The notes: generated by a model from the letters alone, not told the origin. A stretch of 64,000 nt of DNA from an uncultured delta proteobacterium (GCA_963842085.1 CAWJET010000001.1:384001-448000), one strand, 5' to 3'; shown: positions 1 through 9,915, counted from the stretch's first letter. A program made the numbers and translations.

Positions 1-101
1 AGAACCGGCCCCGGGCCGGTCATCAATTGTTCGAGAAACGACGGATTGGCGGCTTGCCCGGCGGCGGCGGCCTGCGCCCATGCGGTGCCTTCGAACAACA
101 T
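1..101 (-). CDS. yajC: Probable preprotein translocase subunit YajC (5' part, runs off the window)
   Basis: Not in the ORF track. ATG at 101 with an AAGGAC RBS reads MLFEGTAWAQAAAAGQAANPSFLEQLMTGPGPV..., directly downstream of tgt (conserved queA-tgt-yajC order). Confidence 0.65.
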   Translation of the reverse strand, partial: MLFEGTAWAQAAAAGQAANPSFLEQLMTGPGPV

Positions 102-151
102 CAGTACGGGTCCTTAAAATCGATCAAGCTCAGGTCTCCCGGAAGGAAGCA

Positions 152-1282
152 TCACTCTTCGGCCGTTTCGTTTTCGTTGTCCCAGCCGGCCGATGCCACC
201 ATCGCAAACGCCTTGAAATTGCCCGACGCGATAGCATCGCGGCAATCGCGCATCAAGCTCGCATAGAAGTGCAGATTATGCTCCGTCAGCGCGCGCGCCG
301 CGAGAATCTCTCCCGATAAATATAGATGACGCAGGTAGGCGCGTGAATGGGTCCGGCACGGCCGGCATTCGCAGGCCGAATCGAGCGGCATCGAGTCGCG
401 CGCGTGCGCGGCCTGCTTGATCGCAATACGTCCCCGGCTGGTGAAGGCCATCCCGTTGCGCGCGTTGCGCGTCGGCAGCACGCAGTCGAACAGGTCGAAG
501 CCCATCACGATCGCTGCGAGCAAATCCCTGGGCGTGCCTACGCCCATCAGGTAGCGCGGCTTGTCGGCCGGCATCATCGAAGCCGACAGCGCCGCCATCT
601 CGAGCATCGCGGCCTTCGGCTCGCCGACCGAAAGTCCGCCCGCCGCGTAACCGTCGAACTCTAGCGAGGTTATCTGCGCCGCACTTAGCTTGCGCAGATC
701 TTCGAAGATGCTGCCCTGGATGATTCCGAACAGCGCCTGGCTCGTGCTCGTGCGCGCTGCGAGGCTGCGCTCGGCCCATCGCGCCGTGAGTTCGAGCGAT
801 TTGAGCGCGCGGCGATGTTCGGCCGGGTAAGGCGTGCACTCGTCGAGCGCCATCATGATGTCGGCGCCGAGCTGTTGCTGGATGTCGATTGCGCTTTCCG
901 GCGTGAGCATCAACGGCGCGCCGTCGAGATGAGAGCGAAAGCGGATTCCCTCTTCATTAATCGAATTGATCTTCGCCAGGCTCATCGCCTGGAACCCGCC
1001 CGAGTCGGTCAGCACCGCGCCGGGGAATCCCATGAAGCGCGCGACTCCCCCCATCTCGCGAATCAGCTCGGCGCCCGGGCGAATCGCGAGATGGTACGCG
1101 TTGGCCAGCACCATCGTGTAGCCCATCGCCCACAACTCGTCGGGCGCCATCGCCTTGACTGCGGCGCGCGTGCCGACCGGCATGAAGGCGGGCGTCGCGA
1201 TCGCGCCGTGGGGCGTCGCCAGCCGCCCGGTGCGCGCGTCGCCCTCCACCGCCGTGACGCCGAATTCGATTGGCGCGCCCAT
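152..1282 (-). CDS. tgt: Queuine tRNA-ribosyltransferase
   Basis: TPAFMPVGT, LTDSGGFQ, DCVLPTRNARNG and Zn-binding CxCxxC...H motifs; coupled to queA. Confidence 0.97.
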   Translation of the reverse strand: MGAPIEFGVTAVEGDARTGRLATPHGAIATPAFMPVGTRAAVKAMAPDELWAMGYTMVLANAYHLAIRPGAELIREMGGVARFMGFPGAVLTDSGGFQAMSLAKINSINEEGIRFRSHLDGAPLMLTPESAIDIQQQLGADIMMALDECTPYPAEHRRALKSLELTARWAERSLAARTSTSQALFGIIQGSIFEDLRKLSAAQITSLEFDGYAAGGLSVGEPKAAMLEMAALSASMMPADKPRYLMGVGTPRDLLAAIVMGFDLFDCVLPTRNARNGMAFTSRGRIAIKQAAHARDSMPLDSACECRPCRTHSRAYLRHLYLSGEILAARALTEHNLHFYASLMRDCRDAIASGNFKAFAMVASAGWDNENETAEE

Positions 1283-2310
1283 CAGAGGATCAACATCGCG
1301 TCACCGTAGCTGAGGAAGCGGTAGCGATGGCGAACGGCTTCGCGGTACGCGGCCAGAAGCTGATCGCGTCCCGCAAACGCCATCGCGAGCGCGAGCACTG
1401 TCGTTCGCGGCATGTGAAAGTTCGTCAGCATCGCGTCTGCCAGCTTGAAGCGAAAGCCCGGATGAATAAAGAGCCCGGTGAAGCCCTCGACATCGCCAGT
1501 TATCGCCCACGATTCGAGCGCGCGCGTCGAACTGGTGCCGACCGCAACGATACGGCCGCCGATGCGCCGCGCGTGTTCGATCGCGGCCTGGGTCGCGGGC
1601 GGAATCGTGTACCATTCGGACTCCATCGTGTGACTCTCGACGTCGACGGCGCGCACCGGCGCGAAAGTGCCGGGACCAATATGCAGCGTGACCGTGGCGG
1701 TGCGGATGCCCCCATCGGCCAGCGCCTTGAAAACCTCGCCGGTGAAATGCAGCCCGGCGGTGGGCGCCGCGATCGCACCCGGACGCGCGGCATACACGGT
1801 CTGGTAGTCGTCGATGTCGGCGGGACCGACGGTACGATGAATATAGTGCGGCAGCGCGAGCGTGCCGTCGAGCTGCAGTATCTGTTCGATCGAAGTATCG
1901 CCCTCGGCGACGACGATCGGTCGCCCCGGTCGCGCATAGCCGGCGATTCTCAGCGCATGACCGTCGTCCAGGATGAGCCGCGCGTTGTCTTTGAGCACGC
2001 GATGCGTGCGGATCAGCGCGAGCCACGCGCCGGCGGGACCTTCAGCCGCCCCGACCGGCCGCACCATCAGCAACTCGACGCGTCCGCCGGATTCCTTATG
2101 CGCGAACAGGCGCGCCGGCAGCACGCGCGTGTCGTTGAGCACGATCAGGTCGCCTTCGCGCAGGTGACGGACGAGTTTGTAAAAGCGGGAATGCTCGAGC
2201 GATTTGGATTTGCGGTCGAGCACGAGCAGGCGCGCCTCGTCGCGGCGGGCCAGCGGCTCCTGCGCAATCAGTTCCTCGGGCAAATCGTAGTCTAATTCGG
2301 AGAGGCGCAT
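1282..2310 (-). CDS. queA: S-adenosylmethionine:tRNA ribosyltransferase-isomerase
   Basis: DYDLPEELIAQEP, YQTVYA, AAPTAGLHF, AVGTSSTRALES, YRFLSYGDAMLI. Confidence 0.97.
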   Translation of the reverse strand: MRLSELDYDLPEELIAQEPLARRDEARLLVLDRKSKSLEHSRFYKLVRHLREGDLIVLNDTRVLPARLFAHKESGGRVELLMVRPVGAAEGPAGAWLALIRTHRVLKDNARLILDDGHALRIAGYARPGRPIVVAEGDTSIEQILQLDGTLALPHYIHRTVGPADIDDYQTVYAARPGAIAAPTAGLHFTGEVFKALADGGIRTATVTLHIGPGTFAPVRAVDVESHTMESEWYTIPPATQAAIEHARRIGGRIVAVGTSSTRALESWAITGDVEGFTGLFIHPGFRFKLADAMLTNFHMPRTTVLALAMAFAGRDQLLAAYREAVRHRYRFLSYGDAMLIL

Positions 2311-2401
2311 CTGAGGCGAAGCAGAATCGTGATTCGCGCGCGACGCAAATCGCGCACCGTGTAACTACTCTCGATTGACCGGGACCGCGATCGCCGCGCG
2401 C

Positions 2402-3736
2402 TTAGAATGGATAGTTGATGCCGGAGAAGACGGCGGCGCCTTCGCCACCCCATCCGATGTCAACGTAGCCGACGACGAACGGCTCCGCGATGCCGCGGAA
2501 TCCGATGCCGCCGACCGGATGCAGATCCACAAACGGGTTGTAGCCCATATCGTGCGCGACGCGTCCCGCTTCGGCGAACGGCGCCAACTCGATTATCCCG
2601 TGGGTGCCGAAGATATTCTTGTCCCACACCCGCGTGCGCATCTCGAGGTTCATGACGAACAGGTTGTTGTCGATGTAGCGGCCGGTGCCGTAACCGCGCA
2701 GCGTTTCCTGATCGGTGAGCAGGCTCTCGTCGCCGCCAAGGCGCGCCTGCGACCAGAACGGCATCTCGTTGCCGGCTGGCTCGTACTCGTTGAAAACGTG
2801 CCCGGCAAGGGTAATGCGCTCGCCGACTGAATAGTACTCGCGAAATTCGCCGCCGAAGCGGTTGTACGATTGCGAGCTGCCAAAGCTGCGATCCGCGACG
2901 CCGTAGTAGAGCCGCCCGAGCTGTCCCGATCGCGGAATATCGACCGAATCCCGCGAGTCGTATTGCATCACCCACTGCGAAAGAATTTCGGTGCCGCCGT
3001 TGATGCCTTTCTGGTTCGGGAACAGCTGGAAAATCGAGGGCACCGAGTTGAAGCCGCCCTCCTGAATTCGCACGTAGCGCGGACGTTCGGTCATCGAGAG
3101 CTGCCACTTGTCGCTGAAATTCAGGCCAAAAATCGCCTCGCCATAGAGCTGCTCGGTCGTGTAGTTGCTTTGATTGCCCTCGTGCGAGTGGTTACCCAAC
3201 CCGTAAAATCGCTCGGTCGGATCTTTCTCGAAAAAAAAGCGCCCTTCAAATGACCACCACTTCTTGTGCTCGCGCCCGGTCTGATAGTCGAGGTCGACCT
3301 TGCGCGCGATCGTCTCCTGGGCGCCGGCGACCACGTACCAGTTGGTGTCAGACGAAGGATAGGCCAGGTAGCGAAAGTTGCCACCCGGTCCGAGCGTGCT
3401 GTTGGCGTTGATATCGGGCGCGAGGATGCTGCTGATCTCGCTCTTGTTGTCGGTGAACAGCCACACCGGCAGCACGCCGTAAGTGACGCCGCCGTTCGGA
3501 TCGGTCGCAACTTCAGGCACCGGGATGAACGGCCACGAGTTGGGATCCTGGGGTTTGAATGACTTCCAATCGTACTGCGGCATCGTCCAGGTGCTCGGGT
3601 CGAGCAGCGAGAACCGGGACGAAGACGTTGGCGCCGAAGAGTTCGAGGGTACTTGAGGGATCGAGTCGGCGTGCGCCGTAGCCACTGCAGCAACCAACGT
3701 GGTGATTAGAAAAAGGTAGGCGAGAGCGCGCCGCAT
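2402..3736 (-). CDS. Omp85/BamA-TamA family outer membrane beta-barrel protein (no obvious POTRA domains)
   Basis: Signal peptide, LRGYGTGRY motif, C-terminal aromatic YPF. Confidence 0.75.
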   Translation of the reverse strand: MRRALAYLFLITTLVAAVATAHADSIPQVPSNSSAPTSSSRFSLLDPSTWTMPQYDWKSFKPQDPNSWPFIPVPEVATDPNGGVTYGVLPVWLFTDNKSEISSILAPDINANSTLGPGGNFRYLAYPSSDTNWYVVAGAQETIARKVDLDYQTGREHKKWWSFEGRFFFEKDPTERFYGLGNHSHEGNQSNYTTEQLYGEAIFGLNFSDKWQLSMTERPRYVRIQEGGFNSVPSIFQLFPNQKGINGGTEILSQWVMQYDSRDSVDIPRSGQLGRLYYGVADRSFGSSQSYNRFGGEFREYYSVGERITLAGHVFNEYEPAGNEMPFWSQARLGGDESLLTDQETLRGYGTGRYIDNNLFVMNLEMRTRVWDKNIFGTHGIIELAPFAEAGRVAHDMGYNPFVDLHPVGGIGFRGIAEPFVVGYVDIGWGGEGAAVFSGINYPF

Positions 3737-4013
3737 CGTGAGATCCTGGAATTAAACTTTGCCTTTTGACATTCGGCTACTCCTCCCGCCGCTCCACCAC
3801 CCACAATCCGAGTGCCCGGATCCATCCGAGCCGGCTACACCGAACGATGCTTAAAGCTGACAGGCTTGCACGCGGCAATCAACCCTTTTGGCGCCGTTGG
3901 CACTGATGCATCTTGCAATTGGACCGTCACCACGCACGCGCGCTTTTCGGCGACGCCGTAAATGTGCAAGGATTCGGAGCAAGCGGGAAGATTTCCTCAA
4001 GAGGAGCTCGGTA

Positions 4014-5705
4014 ATGGCGAAAGCGGACGGCGGAGAATTAATCGCGCGCGTGATGCGCGAGAATCGGGTGAAGTATTGTTTCGCGATCAACGGCGGCCAT
4101 CTGTTTCCTATCCTCGGCCAGTTGCGCAACCACGACATCAAGCTCATCCACATGCGCCACGAGCAGGCCACCGCCTACGCCGCCGACGCCTACGCGCGCA
4201 CCTCGGGCGAGGTCGGAGTGTGCATGGTCACGGCAGGATGCGGCCTGACCAACGCGGTCACGGGTTTGTGCGTCGCGGGACTGACCAACAGCGCCGTGGT
4301 CTGCATCTCGGGACAGCATCCCAACACCGAAGACCATCTCGGCTCGTTCCAGGAGGCCTACGGCTCCGAGGTGGTTGCCAGCTTCTCCAAGTTCACCAAG
4401 CGCGTGACCGACTGGTCCACGATTCAGTTCGATCTGCGCTCCGCCTTCCGCGAGGCTATTTCGCCGCCGCAGGGCGTCGCGCTGTTCGAGATTCCGCAGA
4501 ACATCCTCTATCACCACGACGAGGACAACCGGCAGCGCAAGGGCGCGCGCGAGTTTACTATTGACGATGTCCGCTCCGCTGCGGATCCCGCCAAGATCGA
4601 TCGTGCGCTCGAGATGCTGGTGGCGGCCGAGCGTCCGCTGATTGCTTGCGGCGACGGCGTGTTCTGGTCGCAGGCCGGCGCCGAGATGCGCGAGTTCGTC
4701 GAGCTGACCAACATCCCGATTTACGCGCGCCGCGCAGGCCAGGGCGTGGTCTCTGAAGAGCATCCGCTGGCGATTCGCGGTGCGTTCAAGAAACCGTTCA
4801 CCGGCAACGCCGACGTCGTGCTCGCCATCGGCTTCCGCTTCTGGAGCGGCGAGCATTTCGGCCAGCCGCCCACCTGGACCGACAAGGGCAAGTATATCCA
4901 GATCGATCCCACGCCGACGCGAATCGGATGGCAGGTCAATGCGGACCTGCCGATGGTCGGCGACCCCAAGCTCGTGCTGCAGCAGATGATCAAGCGCATC
5001 AAGGAGCTCAAGCTCGACTTCTCGAAGAACAAGACGTCGCCGTGGGTCAAGCAGGTCTGGGAAACGCGCACGCGCTTCGACAATACGATCAAGGAGCAGA
5101 ACGCCAAGGTCCAGAAGAATCAGCCGATCCATCCGGCGCGCCTGTGCGAAGACCTGATCGCCGTGCTCGACAAAAACGCCACCACCGTCATCGACAGCTT
5201 CACGCTCTCGGGATGGATGAGCCGCGCGTTCACCTGCCGCTTCATGGGCCAGGTCGTCGACGCGGGCCCGCTAGCGCCCGTCGGTCACGGCGTAGGGATG
5301 GGCATCGGCGCGCAACTCGCGCGGCCGGGTCAGCAGGTGGTCGTGATCAGCGGCGACGGCGGACTCGGAATCGGCGGATGGGACATGGAGACCGCCGCGC
5401 GCTACAAGCTGCCGGTCATCACGGTGCTGTGGAACAACAGTTCATGGGGCCCGAACTTCGATCAGATGCCGGGGCTTAAGGGCCGCACCGATCCGTTCAA
5501 CATGCTGCCGAACATTCGCTACGACAAAATCTTCGCCGAGATGGGATGTCATGGCGAGCAGGTCGAGACCGTCGATCAGATCAAGCCGGCCCTGGAGCGC
5601 GCCTTCAAATCAGGCAAGCCCGCACTGGTAAACGTGATCGGCGACGTGACGGTGGGCAACGCAACCCTGGGCGGCAACCTGCTGGGCTCAACCGGCTCGA
5701 ACTAG
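4014..5705 (+). CDS. Thiamine pyrophosphate-dependent enzyme (IlvB / 2-hydroxyacyl-CoA lyase-like)
   Basis: RHEQATAYAADAYAR and GDGG...NNSSWG ThDP motif; GAGGAG RBS before ATG 4014. Confidence 0.88.
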   Translation: MAKADGGELIARVMRENRVKYCFAINGGHLFPILGQLRNHDIKLIHMRHEQATAYAADAYARTSGEVGVCMVTAGCGLTNAVTGLCVAGLTNSAVVCISGQHPNTEDHLGSFQEAYGSEVVASFSKFTKRVTDWSTIQFDLRSAFREAISPPQGVALFEIPQNILYHHDEDNRQRKGAREFTIDDVRSAADPAKIDRALEMLVAAERPLIACGDGVFWSQAGAEMREFVELTNIPIYARRAGQGVVSEEHPLAIRGAFKKPFTGNADVVLAIGFRFWSGEHFGQPPTWTDKGKYIQIDPTPTRIGWQVNADLPMVGDPKLVLQQMIKRIKELKLDFSKNKTSPWVKQVWETRTRFDNTIKEQNAKVQKNQPIHPARLCEDLIAVLDKNATTVIDSFTLSGWMSRAFTCRFMGQVVDAGPLAPVGHGVGMGIGAQLARPGQQVVVISGDGGLGIGGWDMETAARYKLPVITVLWNNSSWGPNFDQMPGLKGRTDPFNMLPNIRYDKIFAEMGCHGEQVETVDQIKPALERAFKSGKPALVNVIGDVTVGNATLGGNLLGSTGSN

Positions 5706-5730
5706 CAGCTCGCATCCGAAAAATTCTGTT

Positions 5731-6072
5731 CCCCCTTTCCATTCCGGAAAGGGGGCCAGGGGGATAGGACGCAACGCGGTAGAATCGTCAGCCTCAAATC
5801 CGCTCTCTACCCTTTGTTCCCCCTTTCCACCAGCAGAAGTTCGGGGAACAACTTCCGTTCCCCCTTTCCATCCCGCCAAGGCTCTTGGCAATAGTTTCGG
5901 TTCCTCCTTTCCATCCCGGCAAGGCTCTTGGCAATAATTTCCGTTCCCCCTTTCCGTCCCGCCAAGGCTCTTGGGAACAATTCCGTTCCCCCTTTCCATC
6001 CTGGAAAGGGGGCCAGGGGGATAGGACAGCAGGACAGCACGACTTACGTAGTTTTGTTCCCCTTCCCCGGAA
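5731..6072 (+). repeat. Cluster of REP-like hairpins (CCCCCTTTCC-N5-GGAAAGGGGG-CCAGGGGGATAGG) plus a ~43-bp tandem array of half-sites
   Basis: Full hairpins at 5731-5768 and 5988-6025; tandem units start at about 5853, 5896, 5939 and 5981; a third hairpin at 6059 is interrupted by the IS. Confidence 0.85.
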
Positions 6073-6123
6073 GGGGATTAGTCGGCAGTTGACAGTCATC
6101 GCAATCTGCGCTAATATTCATTC

Positions 6124-7029
6124 ATGCAGACGATAGACGCTTTCGACAAAGAGTTCCGCACCGAAGACGACTGCAAGAATTTCCTCATGCAGATGCGCTG
6201 GCCTGACGGCGTGCGATGCCCGCGATGCAAGAGCAAAGAGCGCATCTACGCTCTGAAGGCTCGACCATTTCATTGGGCGTGTTGCAACAAGGGTTGTGGC
6301 GAGCGGCGCGGCTATCGTTTTAGCGTCATCACAAAAACCATTTTTGAAAACACCAAAATCCCTCTCAAGCTTTGGTTCAAAGTAGCATTCCTGATTTTGA
6401 CCGCGAAGAAAGGAATCAGCGCTCTACAGGTCCATCGCGTGATCTTCGGAGAGGAATCGACGCACGCCTACCACACAAGCTGGTACGTCTGCATGCGCTG
6501 GCGTTGCGCGATGAAGGGCGACGTAATGCCGCTCGATGGAATTGTCGAGGTTGACGAAACTTTCGTCGGCGGGAAAGCGCAGAACATGCACGCCAGCAAG
6601 CGCAAAGCGCTCGCCTTGACCGGAACGAAAAACAAAGTCGCGGTCATTGGCGCAATCGCCCGCAAGGGAATGATCGTCGCAAAAGTGATCGAGAATACCG
6701 ATACCGCGACGCTCGATAGTTTCGTCCGCCAGACAGTTTCAAAAGACGTGAAGCTGGTCGCGACCGATGAACACTCCGGCTACCGGCTGTTGGGCGCGGA
6801 CATGGATCACCGCGTAGTCCGCCACGGTCAGGGCGAATACGTAGTCGGAACCACGCACGTCAATTCGATTGAATCGTTCTGGTCGCTGTTCAAGCGCGGG
6901 ATCATCGGCTCGTACCACAAAGTCAGCAAACAGTATCTTCCGCTCTACGTGAACGAATTTGCGTGGCGCTTCAACAACCGCAAGAACCCTGCGATGTTTG
7001 CTGACTTGATCCAAAGCGTCAGCCGCTAG
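6124..7029 (+). CDS. IS1595-family (ISXO2-like) DDE transposase
   Basis: N-terminal Zn ribbon RWPDGVRCPRC, EVDETFVGGK, TDE..Y, NSIESFWSLFKRG..YHKVS..YL..YVNEF.WRFN.R. Confidence 0.95.
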   Translation: MQTIDAFDKEFRTEDDCKNFLMQMRWPDGVRCPRCKSKERIYALKARPFHWACCNKGCGERRGYRFSVITKTIFENTKIPLKLWFKVAFLILTAKKGISALQVHRVIFGEESTHAYHTSWYVCMRWRCAMKGDVMPLDGIVEVDETFVGGKAQNMHASKRKALALTGTKNKVAVIGAIARKGMIVAKVIENTDTATLDSFVRQTVSKDVKLVATDEHSGYRLLGADMDHRVVRHGQGEYVVGTTHVNSIESFWSLFKRGIIGSYHKVSKQYLPLYVNEFAWRFNNRKNPAMFADLIQSVSR

Positions 7030-7061
7030 CCGCGCGAATCTGGAAGCGCTAAAGTATCGCG

Positions 7062-7235
7062 GTGACTTCCACCCGCGTTCGCAAATCTATAACCGCAAAA
7101 ACCCGCGCCGAGGACGATCGGCTAAGGGAAGAACTCCGACACGCCGACATCGGCAAGCTGAAAAAGCTGATGGCCCCGTTGATCGAACGGCCCGAACAAC
7201 CGAGGAAAGAACTATCGCGAAAGAAGCGCGGCTAA
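7062..7235 (+). CDS. Small basic hypothetical protein (57 aa) downstream of the transposase
   Basis: GTG...TAA open frame MTSTRVRKSITAKTRAEDDRLREELRHADIGKLKKLMAPLIE...; too short for the ORF track. Confidence 0.45.
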   Translation: MTSTRVRKSITAKTRAEDDRLREELRHADIGKLKKLMAPLIERPEQPRKELSRKKRG

Positions 7236-7410
7236 GTGGCGACAATCGGAATCATCTAACACAAAGGTTAGACTGACATCATTGTGTCTCGCGACGATTC
7301 TGGTGTATCCAGTTGCCTTCCCGCGCTCAACATAGATGCCGTGAATGTTCGGCGGGAACTTCACGACCCCGTTTTCAAGATGCTCCGTTCTGACAGCCTC
7401 GGAATCTTTT

Positions 7411-7737
7411 ATGCCTGAACCGGTAACTGCCATAAAAACAACCGCGACACTTCGAGAGTATTTGGCGACACTTCAAGAGCTTTGGAAATACGTTCGACAA
7501 CTCCGCAACACCATTGAGCAAGTCGCGGACCTTCAAGCGCGTGTTTCCACATTGGAGAAACAGTTAGAACGATGCCCCTCGGAAGGCTGTCCACACTGCC
7601 ATGAATTAGCGTTTGAAGTTGCATCATCAGAACAAGATAGTGGGCCCATAATCGAGCGTCAAATGAAGTGCCAACGCTGCGGATTTAAGGAACTTTGGTT
7701 CTTCAACCCGCTTTCGGGTAAAAGCAACCGAGGATGA
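7411..7737 (+). CDS. IS passenger: coiled-coil plus Zn-ribbon hypothetical protein
   Basis: Heptad-rich N-terminus, then CPHC...CQRC. Confidence 0.6.
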   Translation: MPEPVTAIKTTATLREYLATLQELWKYVRQLRNTIEQVADLQARVSTLEKQLERCPSEGCPHCHELAFEVASSEQDSGPIIERQMKCQRCGFKELWFFNPLSGKSNRG

Positions 7738-7747
7738 ACCTGGACGG

Positions 7748-7978
7748 TTACGCGGGGGGAGTCGTTACCGTGATCAAATTTCGCAGCCTAAATCCCGTTA
7801 CGTCAATGACTTGCGAGTTCTGCGCGGCCCCAAGAAGTTTCTTCGCTAAGTCGATGGCTTGGTCTTTGGTAAGCTGAAACGCAACGGTCTTCAGTTCTGA
7901 CATCTCTTTTTTAGTTTGCAGGACGGGATACACTTTCTGGCAGTTGATGTTTCCGTAAGATTTCCTTCGCGTGGGCAT
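7748..7978 (-). CDS. IS passenger: small hypothetical protein (76 aa)
   Basis: Strong GGGAGG RBS just upstream of the ATG. Confidence 0.6.
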   Translation of the reverse strand: MPTRRKSYGNINCQKVYPVLQTKKEMSELKTVAFQLTKDQAIDLAKKLLGAAQNSQVIDVTGFRLRNLITVTTPPA

Positions 7979-8071
7979 ATGACCTCCCTTTCAATGTGGA
8001 TCTCGTATGTACTACTCCGCGTGTGCCTTCCCGAGCAAACGTTCCGAAGCACGATCAAACCCCCCGCAGTG

Positions 8072-8871
8072 TCAGTGACTGGGTATCGTTATGTCAAGAA
8101 GTTTTTCGTGGTTCCAAGACTCATCCACCAAAAAAGGAATCTTCATCAGCGCGCCCCAAATCTCACTGATGTATTTCCGTCCGTTGCTGCGCTCGACGTG
8201 GTGCCGATGCGAATGCCACGCAAGTGCGTCTGCGGCCTGTAGGGGAGAAAATTCTTCATCGTTCCGAGGGATGGGATCTTTTGCGATCATTCGCAAGAGT
8301 TCCGGATGACTCGCTCGCAAGTGGTCGTAAAACAGCTTATAACCGCGTTCCATCTTCTTTCGCTCTGTGAGGTTCTCGTCGTAAATGATTTCAAACTTAA
8401 CTGTGGCGTCTTCGCCCGCGCCCGATACGAGATGAATCAATAGTGCCGTGAACGCAAAGAAGTATGGGTTATCGGCCACTAGCCGTGGCGGTGGTATTGG
8501 AAGCAATTTGTCTGCGGCAACAACTCTCAACATTTTCTGATAGTCGTCGCCCGCGATCTTAAATCTCACGCCTCGCAATGAGGAGTCGCCAATTGCGTTG
8601 ATCATCCGTAGAACACGCGGGTCGGTCTTTTGTCGCGAGCGCACGCGATTCTTGAGTTCGTGGACGGTCATCGCCGGTTTCTCGCGCAGGATCGAGTCCC
8701 AACGGTGAGTGAAATCTTCCATGTACTTGACGGGGGCGGCATAGCCCGCGAAGAGAAAGGCCTCGTGCGGGCCGGTCTGACCATAGCCGCTTTCGTCCAA
8801 GTTGACCTGAATTACTCTCACCGCCACAAACCACCTGCCACGGCGCAAGCGATTTGGAAGCCCAGACACCA
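8072..8871 (-). CDS. IS passenger: DUF3800-like protein (start uncertain; frame is open to 9031)
   Basis: N-terminal (h)DESG motif and C-terminal PLQAADALAW motif typical of DUF3800. Confidence 0.75.
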
Positions 8872-9104
8872 ATCGCCGAATATGTACGCACGGCGCATAT
8901 TCGCTATGAGATAGGTGCTGGTCGGTCCCCTCTCTTTCCGCCTTCGATAAGGACGCCTTATCATCGCCGCACTGGCTGTGATCCTGACCATGCGATAGAT
9001 TCTGCCGTGATTCTGGCTTGACTGTCAACATCCGACTAATCCCCTCCCCGGAAGGGGTCAGGGGTTAGGGTCATGCCTACCCAGCGCCGCTCGAATGGTG
9101 CCGT

Positions 9105-9142
9105 CCTATCCCCCTAACCCCCTTTCCGGGGCGGAAAGGTGG
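9105..9142 (-). repeat. Inverted copy of the REP-like hairpin
   Basis: Reverse complement reads CCACCTTTCC-N5-GGAAAGGGGG-TTAGGGGGATAGG. Confidence 0.8.
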
Positions 9143-9407
9143 AATCAGACAAACGCCCCTCTGGAGCAGCAATAGGCGCAGTTTCGTTTATCGATAGTCT
9201 CGACGTCGGAGGAGGGTCAGGGACAAGTGTGCGGCGCAATTGTGTGGCCCGCCGCAAACTCCGACGCGTGCGCTTCTCTGCGCGCGCGATTCAGGAGGCG
9301 TCAGACGCGGTGGCACGTAAAAGCTGTCGCTGCGATGGTCTTTGTGCCGGGATACGAATAGAGTCTTCGTCCATCTGTGCGCCTCTAAGTTAGTTCGTGG
9401 GTGTTTT

Positions 9408-9915
9408 TCAATTGCAAGATCCGACACCGGACGACGTGTCACTACCTAAACTATAGCCTTCAATGAATGTGGCGTTCTTGGCGGCGAACCGCGAGGGCAT
9501 CAGCGGGTCCGTAAACACGGAGTAGCACCACGGAAAGCCCGCCGATCTTTCCATCACTGTGACATGGAAGGCATTATTGAATTGCCCGACGTTCCCACGG
9601 AACTTTATTTCGGGATAGGTTCTCCACGGTTCGGGACCGTTCGCACGCACGATCACGAACCCTTGTTCGATTAGCCACTGCCGCAAGTCTTCAAACTCGC
9701 CCGCTTTCACCCAGCCGGGCAACAAAAAAAAACTGATGCAGCACGACGTTTGGTGGTGCGGGCTTGAACTTCGCAGGGTCAGCACTCTCGTTCATTACGT
9801 TCGCAACCGGAAGGAGCGCTGGCCGGATCGACAGTGTGGGTTGCGCTTGCGTCAGTGATGGCAATATCAGGCACCAGCAGATCAAGGCGAGTGCAGCGGC
9901 ACTACGTGGGTGCAC
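9408..9915 (-). pseudogene. Secreted protein resembling a stand-alone sedolisin (S53) propeptide, frameshifted at an A9/T9 tract
   Basis: Signal peptide in ORF 9691-9915. Removing one base at 9724-9732 joins it to ...LRQWLIEQGF...FRGNVGQFNNAFH...DPLMP, which resembles the prodomain of the S53 protein at 45583. Confidence 0.55.

Larger units (their letters stand above)
6073..9044 (+). mobile_element. IS1595-family element carrying passenger genes
   Basis: IRL 6073-6098 GGGGATTAGTCGGCAGTTGACAGTCA and IRR 9019-9044 (reverse complement GGGGATTAGTCGGATGTTGACAGTCA), 24/26 identical. TCCCCGGAA is duplicated at 6064-6072 and 9045-9053. Interior is visibly more AT-rich than the flanks. Confidence 0.92.

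Noticed and set aside
5815-6025. CRISPR array
   Set aside because: The intervening sequences are near-identical rather than unique spacers, and there are no cas genes in the window.
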